The notes beneath the pieces were generated by a model. It ran no database searches. It saw only the letters and a program-made list of their open reading frames with translations, and was not told the origin of the DNA. Below, one piece after another: positions 22,901 through 37,900 of a stretch of 64,000 nt of DNA. The position numbers and the translations under genes are program-made. Within the stretch, counting starts at the first letter, position 1; every line of letters begins with the position of its first letter. Source of the DNA: Podarcis erhardii (lineage: Eukaryota); NCBI GenBank assembly GCA_964252035.1, contig OZ176203.1. One strand, 5' to 3'.

Positions 22901-25900
22901 GCTGTGGTTTACTAGTCAGAATGATGGTTAGAACGATAAAATGGAACAATTTCCATTATCTCTATGCTTTAGAAAAGTGTTTCTCATACTTAGCCTGCCA
23001 GCTGTTTTCAGACTACAATTCCCATCATCTCTGACCACTGGCCTTGCTAGCTAGGGATGATGGGATTTGTAGTCCAAAAACAGCGGGAAGACCAAAGTTT
23101 GGGAAATGCTGCTTTAAACTGTAATCATTCTTCAAAACGACAAGAACTTCTTTAAAAATAATATCTCTGGCATGATAGAGTGGTTCTAGGAAATCCAGAT
23201 TCAACCCCCACCCCTCCAGCAATGAATCTCAGTAGATGGCCTTGTGGCAGTCACCATTTCTTAGTCTTTCCTACCTCATTGGGTTGGTTTGAGGGCAAAA
23301 TGAATGGGTAGGCAAGGAACCTTGTAAGTTGCTTTGAGTTCCTTAAGGGGAAATGTGGCATGCCAATGTAGTAGACAAATCTCTGGGTTTACTCAGTGCA
23401 GAACTGTTCTTGGTTTACCTCTGTTAAAGATTAAGATTTTGACAATGCTATAAACTTGTGTCGTTTCAGGACCTCAGGGCAGAAACCCCACTTGGTGAAC
23501 TGTGGCATCATGACTTTTGGGGGAGCAAACTCAGTAGCAATACCAGCCATAAATCTTATCGACCGCTTACTGTATTAACTTTCAGGTGAGATGCTGTCAG
23601 GCTCCACTTAAGACATTTAAATGGGGAGGGGGGCATTAAAAGGAAGTAGAATGTACTGAGATGCTACCTTTAACATGGAGGGAAGTTTCATTTGTGCTCT
23701 TATGTGCTGCTACTCTACCCATGAAGCCAGCTTCCTGTAACCAAACTCTTATAACTGTTTAGGATCACAACATGTGTAACAGTCCCAAATCTCTCGCAAA
23801 GAAAATATCCTGCCATGCTTTTTCTTCCTGGTAGGGACAGGAGGAGTATCACATAGACGTCAAAGGTCACTTCTTGGTTACAGAGGACCATGGAGGTGCA
23901 TCAAGCTAGTTCTGAACAACCAAACGTCACACATCTCGACACACCCACACGTCACCATGCATATTTTCCAATATTTTTAATGAAGGGTTTTTTTTAATTG
24001 ACACAACTTTGTAGGTCCTCTGAAAATGTATAACCACTTAAGTGAAATGGGAAGTCATATGATGAGAGTGTGATGATTGAGGAAAGATACTTGCCATCAC
24101 ACATAATATAATAAATGATACGTTGTGCTGAAGAAGCAAACTCTAGTGAGTGGTTTTCAAACACAACACCCTTACTGCTTTGGCACACGATTTCTACTCT
24201 TCTTTCCTTTAGCATATAACTTTCTTTATGAATGAATGGCAGAATGCCCTGGAGGTGGGGAGAGAAAAAGCAGGAATCGTGGCCGGCAGAACTGCATACA
24301 CTTTTTGCACAGGCCCATCTATTATTCCAGTCTCCTGTGTCAACAGATGGAAGACCAGCACAGAACAACCCAAAGCATGTGTCTCTGACAGGGAGCAGGT
24401 GTGTTGCAAAGGTGTATCCAATTCTCCTTCTCTTCCCCGCCTCCTAAAAAAATAAAAAAGCATCACGCAGACACCTTACTTTATCCCTCTCTGACTCAAT
24501 CTTGCATATGAAACACAGCACTGAGCATCTGGAGTTGCTGATGGGAAAGAGTGGAAAACTGGATTTATAAATGTATTTTCTAAGGGGCACCTTAGCCAGG
24601 AAAATCTGTGTGCCATTGAAAGGAGAGTCCCTGTTTGCACTAGTGTATTCAATCTTTTCCTCCTCTCGCCCACAGTCTTCTTATTAAGGAGTACTTAATT
24701 GCTGGGAACATTGAAAGCTGCCTTATAGCGAAGACATCTTCCTACTATTCACACATTGCTCTAGCACTGGAATAAGTTCTGGAACTGCAGGTGGTATTCA
24801 ACTAAGTTTTACTTGGGAGTAGACCTATTGAAATTAACATACCTAACTTCCTCATTAATTTCAGTGGGTCTGCTCTGGAGTAAAACATAGTTGAATACCA
24901 CCCTGTGACCTTGAAAGCTCTGGCTCAAAACCAGCGCTCCTTTTGAGATATTGCAGAGAAGGGAAAAATGAGTGCATAAAAAAAAGGAGGAGTTGAGCAA
25001 GAGGGAAAGAAAATGAACTGAAAAGGAATGACTGAATGGAGAAGAGCACATTTAGGAGGGGAAGGGAGTTGGCTTCCTATCCTCTTCAGCAACATGTTCT
25101 TGTTGCTGGGCCCAATGTTAAGGTGCCTACCTGTGTGTGCCCCTCTTCCAGAAGCAGAGCCAAATGATGGCTTCCCAGCAGGTGCTTCACTGCCGCTTAC
25201 CGGGAGAGGTGGGCAAGGCAACAGGAAAGTCAGTAGAATGCAGGTGCACCAGCAGAACCAATCCAGTGCTCTCACTGGTGTGCCCACTTTTGCCTTCCCC
25301 CTCTCTCCCGGTAAGCAGCGATGACTCCCTTGCCTTGTGGCTCCACCCCAATGGAAGAGCTGCTCCTGCTCTCTTCATAACTTGCTTCCACTGTGCATCA
25401 ATAATAACTAGTTTGACACTGCTGTCTTTATGAATACATCCAGATTTATTCAGAATTTATTTTTTTAAAAGTATTTGTGCATTTTAATCTATTCACTTGT
25501 CGTAATTTCTAACATCAGTGTTTTCCCCCCCTTGTGTAGGATTAATTACCTTTTAGCTGGAGGCTTCTACCCATTGGGCTTTCATGTCGTCAATATAATA
25601 CTCCATTGTGCTATCTCTGTCTTAATTGTTGATGTCTTCTCAATATTATTGGGTGGGCTGCAGTACACCAGTAAAGGAAGACGGCTAAACTTTGTCCCCA
25701 AATCATCCCTGCTCGCGGCTTTGCTGTTTGCTGTACATCCAGTTCACACTGAATGTGTAAGTACTTCACGATTTAAGTATTAAAAGCTCAAAAACCCAGA
25801 GTCCATTAACAATATTTAATCTTCCTTATCCTTTCAAATAAATGTATTATGCAGTCCATAAGTGTGGGGTGGGTGTGAATGTATACACACACACACACAC

Positions 25901-28900
25901 ACACACACAAATTGTGTACATTTGCATGTGCTTTGTATTGATGCAACCGTGCTTTTTTGTTCTTTTGGGGTTTGTTTGTTTTTTGCACATGACTAATCCT
26001 AACTTGTGCTAGGAGAAGCCAGTGCTAGGATTTCTGCTAGTGCAGTGGAACTCCCCCCCCCCCCATGTCCCTGTGCACCCTTCCTAGATCTGCTCCAGAG
26101 AGCTGGGCGAACCCTCATAGCAGCACGTGGGGGAATGAGAGGGGAGATAGTTCAATGTGGCAACTCTCTTATGTTTTGTGGGTCTGGTTTTTAGTTTTGT
26201 TTTTTAGATTCATATTTATATATCTCCTGCTCTTACATGGAGTTCCCAGTAGTCTCCCATCTCCCCCCATGTAAGCACCTGCTTAGTTTCAGTAAGGTTA
26301 TAGCAGGGATTGCCAATGTGATGTCCTCCAGATTTTGCTGGACTACATCTCCCTACATCTATGACCATTGGTCATGTTGGCTGGAGTGAGAATGAATTGG
26401 AGTCCAACAACGTCTCAATTGCATCACATTGACTCCCCCTGGATTTTTGAATCTGGTCTTCAGACTACTCACTGGATACCTGTTCTTTTAATAGCTAACT
26501 TTGCTGCTACTTCATAAGTTCATGCACCTCACTTTTCACATTGTAGGTCTTTGCTAAATGAAAGTGAATTTCTGTTGAGAATTCTTAATTTTGCAGAAGC
26601 TGATAGGTTGGGTTTTTTTTTTTAACACCTGATGCATTTAATGGCAGCTATCGTGGTACAATAATATCAGAGTGTAAAAACATGCAAAATCTGGAGATGA
26701 TGAAAAGCAAGTTGCTTTTGAAATAGCAACTGTATTGATTTTCCACATAAATGACATATTTTGACAAATTATTATTAGAATCTGTTTCCAGTGGAGTAGT
26801 CTAGTTTCTTTTGTGCTGGTGGATATAAATGGAAGGAATCTTAAGACTTTTCATATATAAAATGGTTGTAGAAAGACTTGTTCTTCATAGTGTTTTCACT
26901 TCTCAGCGAGTCATGGGTTTGGTTCCATAGGTGATATATTTGGCTTGGGCTAAGGAGATATCGCTCCAAAATACCCATTCACTAAACAATGGGTTGAAGC
27001 TGTAGAAACCATTTTTGTGAGGTTTTATTTTTCTTGCAAAAGCTGTTGCTTTGGAGGGCACAAAAAATTCCACAAGACCCCCTTCTTTCCAGTATTTTGC
27101 ACATTCCCCTGCATCCTTGTCTACATCCACTGTCTCCTGCCCCCTCCCCTTTGTCAAGCCTCTCTTTGTCCCTATGGTGAGTGTTGGGATATGGATCTTA
27201 GTGGTCCTCAAAGGCCACTTAGGAGAGAGGAGAAGGCTCAGCTGTCCAATGGCAGTGTAGAGAGGATTTGGGCTCAGAGAGGGAATGCCGTACAGCCCAA
27301 AGGAGAATCCACTTCTTCTTTGAGCCCACTTCTTTCTACCTGCTCCCTGGAGATAAAAGGATGATAGCTATCCTTTTATCCAAAGGTGACTGTTGAAAGA
27401 GTTTTGTAGACTCTTGTTTAGACTGAGCACAGTCAGCCAGCACAGTTGACTTCATTGTTCCACCAGCAGTATCTGCAGGGACTAGCATGAAAACATTAGC
27501 CTTGAGAAGGGACCTGTGCCATTGATTGATGAAGCCGGTTTTGAACATATTTGAACAAGGATGAGGGGGATTGTTTTGACCTCCCTGGTATTTTCCTGCC
27601 AGAGTAGGGGGGTTCCGTAAGTGCCGTCTCCTATCTTACATGCCCCCATTCAAACTCACATATCTAGAATTTGCGTAGTGTTTAAACGTCTTATCCAAGG
27701 GCTCTTTATACGTGCAGGAACTCTTTATTTTGACTTCCAGCATGGAAAAGGGCTACCACTTAATGAGGATGGGTTCAACCCAGCTAAAGTTAACTGCTCT
27801 TAAAGGCTCATTGATTCCAACAAGAGCTGATGAAGCCTTTGGTTAATTCTCTCATATTGAGATCAAGGGGACTTCAACATGCTTCACTTGGGCTGTATTG
27901 TGGCCACTGTTCACAAATCCCTGGTGGCGTTGATGCAACGGTTTTTTAAAAAAGCAATTAGCCTTCCACACTACTTCACTTGAGGGGAAACTTCTATTTT
28001 GGTAATTAAATCCCTTTTCTTCTCTTTTTCAAGATCGCTGGGATTGTTGGCAGAGCAGACCTGCTGTGCGCCCTGTTCTTTTTATTGTCTTTCCTTGGCT
28101 ACTGCAAGGCGTTTAGAGAAAGTAAGTACTTGAACACACACCATCGGTTTCTGAGCAGATCAGTCTGTTAGAGCACCACCAAAACAATGAAAATTAGTAT
28201 CTAATTAATATATGGTGCTGAGAGATCAAAGTGCTCCCAGTTTGTGTCACCAGTTCCCCATCTCTCTAATGTTGCATGTAGGAAGTAGTGTATGAATTAA
28301 GTGCTTGCACGTATATCTGCCCATGACCTTTTCTGTAACTGGAAGAATCATTGGAATTGGAGAGGGAAAGGGTATATAGTGCACATATATGTGAAATTTA
28401 TGGACTATTCACATGTGTTTTTAATTTCATTTTGTTGCCAGCCTCCTTAGGGACCTCTGTGTGGGTTGAAACACAGGACAGAATTTTAATGAATATTTTT
28501 GATGGCCTAAGTGCATGATGGCCAGCATCCTAAAAAGAGCCCTGCTGGATGAGATCAAAGAGCCATCCAGTCCAGCCGACTCTTTCCTACAGGGATGAAC
28601 CAGATGCCTCAGGGGAAGCCTCCTAGCAGGATATTTTTGTTTTCCAACAGCTGATAATCAGAGTCATGTTGCTGCTGATCCTAGAGGAAGTGTGCAGCCA
28701 TAATGATTATGGTCACTGTTACCCTTATACTTCATGAATTGGTCAGCTTATAAGTAAGATACATGTGTGTATAGCTCTCTATGCAAGTCCTACTTCACAT
28801 AAAATACTTCTACATATATGAAGCAGCCTAAAAGAGATGTGATATATGGTTAGAAGAATTATGAATGAGAAGAAACCTTTCCAGATGATACACACTTGAC

Positions 28901-31900
28901 TGAAAAACCACATGGAGGCTAGTAATTCATAGACTGGTACCAGGATGGAATGAGGATTGTGTCAGGATTATGGTCTGTGCTTTTTCTCTGGGGGCACTCA
29001 AGGGTATGCAGTACTGGCACCTCCCCGGCAAATGTTAAAGGTGTGGCACTTAATGTAACAACTTCATTGTGAGTACCAGCACCCTTTTTCTTAGAAAAAA
29101 GCACTGATTGCGTTCCAGGCATCGTGCCTAAAGCCAAAATCATATATAGTCAAAACAAAGTCATTTTTTCCCAGGATCCCATCCTGCCCCCTTTCCAGCC
29201 TATTTTTATTTTTTGCCATGCGTGTAAAGCTGAATGTGCACAAGTTAAATGCACATTAAGTTGTAAAATTTCCTGGTTGAAGACTAGGAGACAGTCTCAA
29301 ACCTGAGCTCTCTAACACCATACAGCCCCATAGGGAAAGGCCTTTTCCTTTCTACCTGCCTCTCCTCAGTGAATACTTGTGAGGTGAGGAGAATCTCAGG
29401 CCCATGGACCTCTCCCCAGGCCAAACCTTTCTCCAGCCCTGCTCCAGGCAACTCCCCTGTGTACTTTAGCCTGAATGGAATGTGTCATTGAACTGTGATA
29501 ATGCTTCCTGCCTGAATAAAGGATGGAGATATTTGTGTGGTGTATATCTAGAATCCTCTTAACTTTTGTATCGCTGGAATGTAACCTACTGTAACAAAGT
29601 CCATTGCTTTGCCTTCTTTCTCCCGTGGTTCGCAACTACCACTGGCATGTGGCCCCCAGATGTTTTCCTATAAGGCAATGTGGCCCTCAGTTTCCCCTCC
29701 CAGGGATACACTGCAACATTTTATGTCAAGTCACATTTTTGTTTATGTATGGTCACTGCTTCATCAATTCATATGATTTGTGTCAGATACTGGGTAGTGC
29801 TATGGTACAAATCAAGAGCCGTCTCTGCTCTTACACATTAACCTTTGGAATCAAAGCTGCCTATTAATTGCTAGAGGGAGAACCCAGGCTTTAGATGTAA
29901 ACGTTCAGCCAAGCCTTCGACCCAAATAGACCTCAGTCCCACAATGACTTCATTGGAGCATAAAATGAATGTACAAGTTGCATGGCCTCACAGTATGAAT
30001 TTAATCTATTTCTGTAAACTAGATTCTCTTATATAAAATGACAGAAACACTTGTGGGCATTTAGCTTTCTGGAACAGGAATCAAATGCTTTCCGCAAATC
30101 TTTGGCACGGATTACACTTGTGGCCATCTGGTGAGGGTGGCAGAGTGCCTTCTCACAATATGGTGCACCAGTTTAAACTCGGTTCAGGTGCCAACCAGGA
30201 ATGAGTTCCATTCTCTGAAAGGAGATCGTGGTGGGAGAAAGCAGCATTGTTGTAGGGAGTGTGCTTTGTTAAGCTGATTAGCACACTTGGCATGTGTGCG
30301 ACCAGAGTAATAGCTGGCACTTGTTCATTGCTTTACATTTTCGGTGCTATTGATTGAGAATCAAAAGTTAAATTGACTATTTGGATCTGTTGGACTTTAT
30401 ATTCTGGGGGTTTTTATAAGGTTTTTTTTAATAAGTTTGTATGATGCCCACTTTGGGGATGAGAATGAAGAATGTGCATATACAAAAAAATGTATATACA
30501 AATGTATACAATTTTCAAACCTTGAACATCAGTGTGCTTTTTTAGCATAGATCTGTATTCCCATTTAGAGCGAAGATTGATGCTGGGCCCAAGAATCTTA
30601 GAAATGAAATGTATTTACCGGTACTTTTTGCACATCACTTTCTAAAGGTTTAGGATGAGTTGAAAAGATTCCCATAGTGAACTGGTCTAGATGTTGCTTT
30701 TGCCATATGTAGTATAGGGGTCTGCATGCATTTATTATTATTTATTTTATGATTACATTTATATCTCACTTTTCCTTCAAGAAGGTCAGTGTGGCACATA
30801 CACACAGCTACCCCCTTCCACATGTTATCCTCTCAACATCCCTGTGAAGTAGGTTAGGCTGGGACAGCGTGACTGGCCCAAGGTCATCCATTGAGTTTCA
30901 TGGCTGAATGGGGTTTGGAAGTTGAGTTGTCCTAGTCCAGTACTTTGACTCTCATACATGTATTGAGCCTTACCACAAATCTTGTTTGGGAGCATTTATT
31001 TATACCCCGCCCTCCCCAGCCAAGGCCAGGCTCAGGGCGGCTAACAAGCAATAATAAAAATAAGTTGAATGACTACAACTTAAAAACAAAATTAAAATAC
31101 AACATTAAAATATTGAAACATTAAAATATTAAAATGTAGCCTCATTGCAGGAGGAGAAAGGAAAAGAAAAAAGAAAGGGGAAGGGAATCAAATTGGCTCC
31201 AAGCCACAGGCCCTGCGGAAAGAAATCAGATCCTGCAGGGCCCTGGTCTCATGAGGCAGAGCGTTCCACCAGGCCGGAGCCAGAGTTGAAAAGGCCCTGG
31301 CTCTGGTTGAAGCCAATCTAACTTCCTTAGGGCCCGGGACCACTAGGGTGTTGCTATTTATGGACCTTGAGGCTCTCTGTGGGGCATACCGGGAGAGGCG
31401 GTCCCGTAGGTACGAGGGTCCTAGGCCGTGAAGGGCTTTAAAGGTCAAAACCAGCACCTATAATGTAAGCACTATTTTCCTTATTCAGGAAAACATACAG
31501 GTGTACAAACATACAGGTAAACAGGACAACTAGCAGATTGTGGGGAGTATGTGTTCAGACCAAGTGAATGGTGCAGGGGGAAGGTTTAAATCCCACCATC
31601 CAATGCAGTGATCCTCATCCCGTTCAGAACTCCAAGACTGCTTTGAAAATAAATGAAAAAAGAAATGAGGCCCACTCATTGATCTCCATTATTTTGTCTC
31701 GTTTGACCCTTATAAGTAACGTTAATTAATTAATTATTAATGTTCCTTTCCGACGAACCAAGAGACATTTATTTTGCACTTTAGGTGGGTATCCATATTG
31801 GAGCACAGAATGTGAAGTGAGAACAGGTCCTCTGTTTGTGACTTTGAAATCAGTAGCATTATGGAGTTGGCAAATGGAAGGGTTTTCTGAAGTCACTGTT

Positions 31901-34900
31901 GTGGGGGGAAGGGTGTTCGAAATAACATTTTGTGGAAAGGCTTCAGAAAATTCCCATTTGGTATTGGGAAAGCAGCCAATTTTAATCACAGTATTTTTGT
32001 TCAGAGGGATATTTTTGACTTGCTTGGTAGATCTATGTGCAAATTATTGCTTTTTAAAAAGCTTGTGCTGTACCCTTAATCTGTAGCAGAAGCCTAAAAT
32101 TTGCTAACAGAATTTATTGTATATTAATGTCAGGCAGTAACTTGCTAATGGAATGAACATGTGTGTCTACATTCTATCTGTCTTACTGAAAATTTCAACC
32201 ATGAAAAGCAGACCACATTTTCTCTTATCTTAAACGTTTTTAAAGTACCGTATTTTTAGGGTGCACCGGCCTATAGGGCACACCTAGTTTTTTTTGTGGG
32301 GGGAATAAAGAAAAAAAAATCCCTCCCCCCCCCCCGAACAGGATGCTATCTGCAAGCCTTGGGAGCCCGGCAGGAAGGCTTGCGGAGAGCTGCCCGAAGC
32401 CCAGGGTGCGCCCCGCTGCGCTCCCCGGGTTTCGGGCTTCAGGCTGCTGTCCGCAAGCCTTGGGAGCCCGGCGGGAAGTCGCACCTGGCTGCCAAGGCTT
32501 GCGGATAGCTTCCTGAAGCCTGGAGAGCGAGAGGGGTCGGTGCGCACCGACCCCTCTCGCTCCCCAGGCTTCAGCGAAAGCCTGCATTCACCCCATAGGA
32601 CACACATACATTTCCCCTTTCATTTTTGGAGGGGGGAAAGTGTGTCCTATATGGCGAAAAATACGGTAATTGACAAAGAGCATAACCTTGAATGACAGAA
32701 TTTATTCCAAAACAGCTTTCCACCTATGGCCAATGTCAATGCTTCTATATGTTATCAGTTTCTTTTCTTTATGCCCTGTTTTTAAACTGATAGGTAAAGA
32801 AGGAGCCCCATTTTCTACTGCCTGGGTCTTACTGAGTGTCCTCCTAGGAGCTCTAGCCATGCTGTGTAAAGAACAAGGAATCACAATACTGGTAAGTCTA
32901 CTCTTAACAGTTAAGCATTGACGTTTCTTATCAGCCAAAAGCAGCTCACTGTTAAATAAACTCTCTTTATATGGCAAACTATGGGTCCCTTATGGTTTGT
33001 GCATCGCTTAGGCTTTCTTACAGAAAATATGTGGTAAATTCAGCAACAACAATAGTAACAATCTTTCCTCTTTTCCTGTTTTTGTTCTCTGATTTCTATT
33101 GCAAATGCTTTCAGATTTGGTGTTCGCCAAGTCTGAAGGTGTGCTGAGTGCTGATTTCACTACATGAGTTATTGTTGGTGTTACTGAAGAATGTACACCA
33201 ATGGTTCCATGAATAATCTCCCAAGTCTGTCTGTATTATACTTGGTTAAGGCTTGCAAGAGCGTATTACAGCCTTGTTGCTCCCATTTCTTTCTATGAGA
33301 TTGATAATTTAGGACTCTTGGTGTGAGACCCAACTCTTCACCACATGCAAGGAAGGCATAGTGTGGAAGACTTTTCATAGCAATGCTATACAACCATTCA
33401 CGTAATGACAGTAGGAAGATATTGGTTACATAGAAGTCACTCAAGCTTTAGTCCAGCTCCATCAACTCCTAAAAAAACTCCTAATAAATAATAATTAATA
33501 ATTTATTATTTATACCCCACCCATCTGGCTGGGTTTCCCCAGCCACTCTGGGCGGCTCCCAACAGAATATTTTAAACACAGTAAAATATCAAACATTAAA
33601 AACTTCCTTAAACAGGGCTGCCTTCAGATGTCTTCTAAAAGTCAGATAGTTGCTTATTTCCTTGACATCTGATGGGAGGGCGTTCCACAGGGCAGGCGCC
33701 ACTACCAAGAAGGCCCTCATGAATGAGTTGCAGTGAACTGAAGGCTGAGGCACTGCTCCGTCCTCCTTTTCAGACAAAATAAGGAGAGATAAGTCTTCCC
33801 CTTTCATTGTAGAATAAACCACAGTTTCACTTGGGGCCACATTAAAAACTTGGGGACACTGGCTTATTTTAACCAAAGTTAGTTTAAATAAACCGAGATG
33901 TCAAAACTCTGGATTAACTTCCTGGTTTGATTCTCCGGTATTTTTGTATATTAACATTGATCTGAGCTTTGTTCCTAAGTTTTTTCCCTGCTTCTCTTGC
34001 ACATGGAGGAGAAGCACACCGGGCTTGTCGCAGTTCATTCAGGATGACCTATGGTAAACCGCTTAGAGGTTTTCAGAAATTAGGCAGCTGTTTTTATTTA
34101 TTTCACAAAGTGTATATATTTATTTATTTATTTCATAAAATGTATATACTGATTTTAAAACAAAAAAACTTTCATGTCAGTTATAGAAATTCTGTTTAAA
34201 CAAATAAATAGTTAAATGAAGTGGATTAGGCCAGCCTTCTCCAATCTGATGCTCTCCACACATTTTGGACTACAACTTCCATCAACCCCAGCCAGCATGG
34301 CTGCTGCTGGGTTGTAGTCCAAAACAGGCTGGGAAAGGCTTGTTTTAAGTGATTGAACTGAGGCTTAAGCGATCCAGAGTAATTATTGAACTGCATGGTG
34401 TAACTCTTGTTGGTATCCATCTTTCTCAAGAGACAGTGGATTGTGCCTCTGGGGGTGAAAGGAAACTGCTGCATTAGGAAGTGACCTTCGCGGGGCACAA
34501 TCCTGGGCAGTATGTATGGAGGTCCTGGGCTGCCCAGACGACAAGTCCGTCCTTTCGAGCTCACTGATACGGCCCAAAGGAAAACAGAGTAATACATTTG
34601 GCACCAGCTTGGCTGCAGGAGTTGCCAGAAGGAGGCATACAAGGTTCCATCCAACCGTCTTAGGGACTTCTTGCCGATATCCCGCAAGGCAGTGGAGATA
34701 GTGTAAATACATACCAAAATTTAAACGAGAGAAATCTCTCCTTTCTCTTTCTTAACCTTCTTTCACCTTCTCCCTGTTTTGTTTTCATCCCTGTCTTCTT
34801 AGGGTTTGAATGCTCTTTTTGACGCTGTGATGATTAACAAGCTCAATATTTTGGAAGTTCTTTTGAAGATACTGCGCAAGGACAAGTCGCTGGAGGTGAT

Positions 34901-37900
34901 TCCATTTATATATTTAAAAGAGCTGCCGCTTTAACTTCATACAGTTAGCATTTAAGTGTTAGCGTCAATACATCTACAGCAGCATGAAAGATCAAGCTGT
35001 TCTTTGATCTAGTAAGTGAGATTATTTGGAGGTCAAATACTATGACAGAACATTGCCTTCAAAATGTGAGTGTTCATGATCTCAGCCCCAATAAGCCTCA
35101 ATATTGCAGATCCTTTAACATGACTTACTGCAACTGTTCTGTGGAGCACTGCTCTGAATATCAGAGGGAATGCTACTAAAACTAGTTAATCATGTGGATC
35201 AGATGACCTCTTCTTAGAACAACAAAATTACATCCTTTAAAATTTCATTTTCCAACAGGGCAGACATAGCAACTCTTGTCTTCCAATCACAATTCTGTTT
35301 TTTGTTTTGGATTATTTTTTTAACAATGAATATACATTGTGCTTTGTGCCACCTTAAGATGAGTAGGTGGAGGAGGTGATTTGTAGATTTGCGTCCCTGT
35401 TTTGTGTGTAGGTTTTTTAAAAAAATATAATGCAAATATATATTTTTAAAAAATCGCCTTCCTGAACTTTTAAAGTCCCGGGGCTTGCTCACTTCCTTCC
35501 TGCAGCAGTAGCGTACAGAATTTCCCCAGTCCTCACCCTATGTAGTTCAGGCCTTATGGCAGGCAAGGCAGACTCGACCCTCCAGATGTTTTGGGACTAC
35601 AACTCCCATCATCCCTAGCTAACAGGACCAGTGGTGAGGGATGATGGGAGTTGTAGTCCCAAAACATCTGGAGGGCCGAGTTTGCCTATGCCTGCCTTAT
35701 GGGAACCTTTGTTCCAGGCTTACTTTCAGGGGTCCAAACTTGAATAAAATATTGGCCGGGGGGGGGGGGGCGCTAAGCTTACCTTAACTCCACCCCCGCA
35801 TAAGAAACAGTGCATTCACATCATTCGAATGGCAATGCCCATCAATTTGGGGGCCCCCAGTCCCCTCAAATACTTTATTGGGGAAGCTGAGTTGGCTCCT
35901 ATGGTCTCCTTTGTTTAGCTTCATATCTTTACTGTCTTCTGTTCTTGTAAGTCCATACTTTTCATTCCATTTTATCCTGCTTTTGACTGGCCACAAGTTG
36001 ACAGACCAACACTTGCTTCTCTCTTCCTAAACCTCTTCCAGGCTACAACACGCATCTCTTTAAACCCCTTAGATTTTTCTTCCTAGTGCCCATTCTCATT
36101 AGCATCTCTCCTGTCTTCTCTCCTTTTTTCTTCCCTCCCTCCCTCCTTTTTTTGGGGGGGGGGCGGCTTAGACTTTTGGCCAAGTGACTATTCAAATTTC
36201 CTGACCTCAGCCTCCTAATGTAGCTCTTTCTCTCTAATGGCTTCTGTGAGAGCTTTCCCCAACCAAAGTGACCTCTTATTTCCCTCAGAGAAGCTAGAAT
36301 CTGTTGTTGAGAGCTTTCTTCTTCCTTACATGGTGAGCCTAGAAACATGAGAGCTTTAAGGACATAGTCTACAGCTTAATATTGTCTACAATGACTGCCA
36401 GTGGCTCTTCAGGATTTCATACAATCATAGACTCATAGAATCGTAGAGTTGGAAGGGACCCCAAGGGTCATCTAGTCTAACCCCCTGCAATGTAGCCCAT
36501 TAAGCTAAATGGTTTTTTATATATATATAAAAAACTTTGCTGAAAATTAAAACGTTCATTTGACATTTTACCACAGAATTTGAAACTCTAGTGTTAGCAG
36601 TCTCCTTTGATTGTTTTTGGTGTTTAGCAATTGTCAACTGTTGTGAGCTGCTGCCAAATCTCATATTACATTGCGTATCCACTGTACAAAATAAAACAGG
36701 GTGTCGGTTATTTATTTGTTAGTCGAATGCTTTAAAGTGTTGCATGTCATCTGTCAAATACAGTGGTTGTTGAGTAAGAAATGCTATGTCATGGTGGCTG
36801 TTCCATACTTTAAATAACTATTGCCATCATGATAAATTCTAAATTTTATAAATTCAGGGTGGTTAAAGCAGTGAGAGTACTCTTGTGCCTGATGTAACAA
36901 ATAAAATATATACAGATTCTTTTTAGAAACTTGCTGTTTCGCATGCCTGATCAAAAGCTTTGATAATACTATGCATCTTCTTTCCCTTTGCAACCAACTC
37001 CAAACGTGCCTACTTGGAAGCAAACCCCATTGATTTCAGTGGGGCATATTTCCAAGTCAGTATGCTGAAGATTGGAGCCTATGTTTTATTGTAAATCTTT
37101 ATGGTGTAGATGAACCAAAGCAAACAGCAAGTTTATTTATTAGACTTTCATGTTCTTGCAGTTCCCTGTTGTGTCTGTAATACTGCAAGGTAGGATACTA
37201 ATAATATGAGGATATGCTGAAGAATTTCATATCTGTACCCTATACTAGTAACTGGCAGTGTTGCTATAACGACAGTTGCCTCACAAACTTTTATGTCGCT
37301 ATCATGTGGCTCACAGTTGTTGAACTTAATTTGGGCCAGGATTCAAATGGGACCACCATTGATTCTCATATGCAGGCTTCTTCCTGCAGTTTTCCAAACA
37401 TGAAAAAAATAAATATGAAGCTGAGGAGAGGCTTTGAGACCTATCAGTTTTCTTCAGAAATCCTGGATTACTTGGGCACGGAATGTTGTTTTTCTTCTTG
37501 GTGCATCTATTTCCACTGCTTGCATAAACTAACTGTCTTCTCACAATCCTGGATAGGCGCATCAAAGTCTTACATCTTAGTCCACTGGGTAAGGGCGGCA
37601 GAATGGCAACAGGGGAAAGCTGGCTTCTGAGATTGTAGCATTGGTTTTACCCTTCTTTCACAGCAAGAGGGACTCAAGATTTACTTTATCTTTAAAAACC
37701 AGGATACTTACTAAAACCCTTTGAACCAGATGGGATGGGGTCGTGGATTGGATGGAGGTACCTCTCCACCCAGCCCTCTAGCCTCTGCATGCCAAGTGAC
37801 ACCAGTGTCTTTTCTGGTGGCACAAAAGTTCCCATGTTCTACTCACTGAATGTGCCAGTAGGCAGAAATGTAACTGGTGGGATCCCCATTAGCAGCAGCC

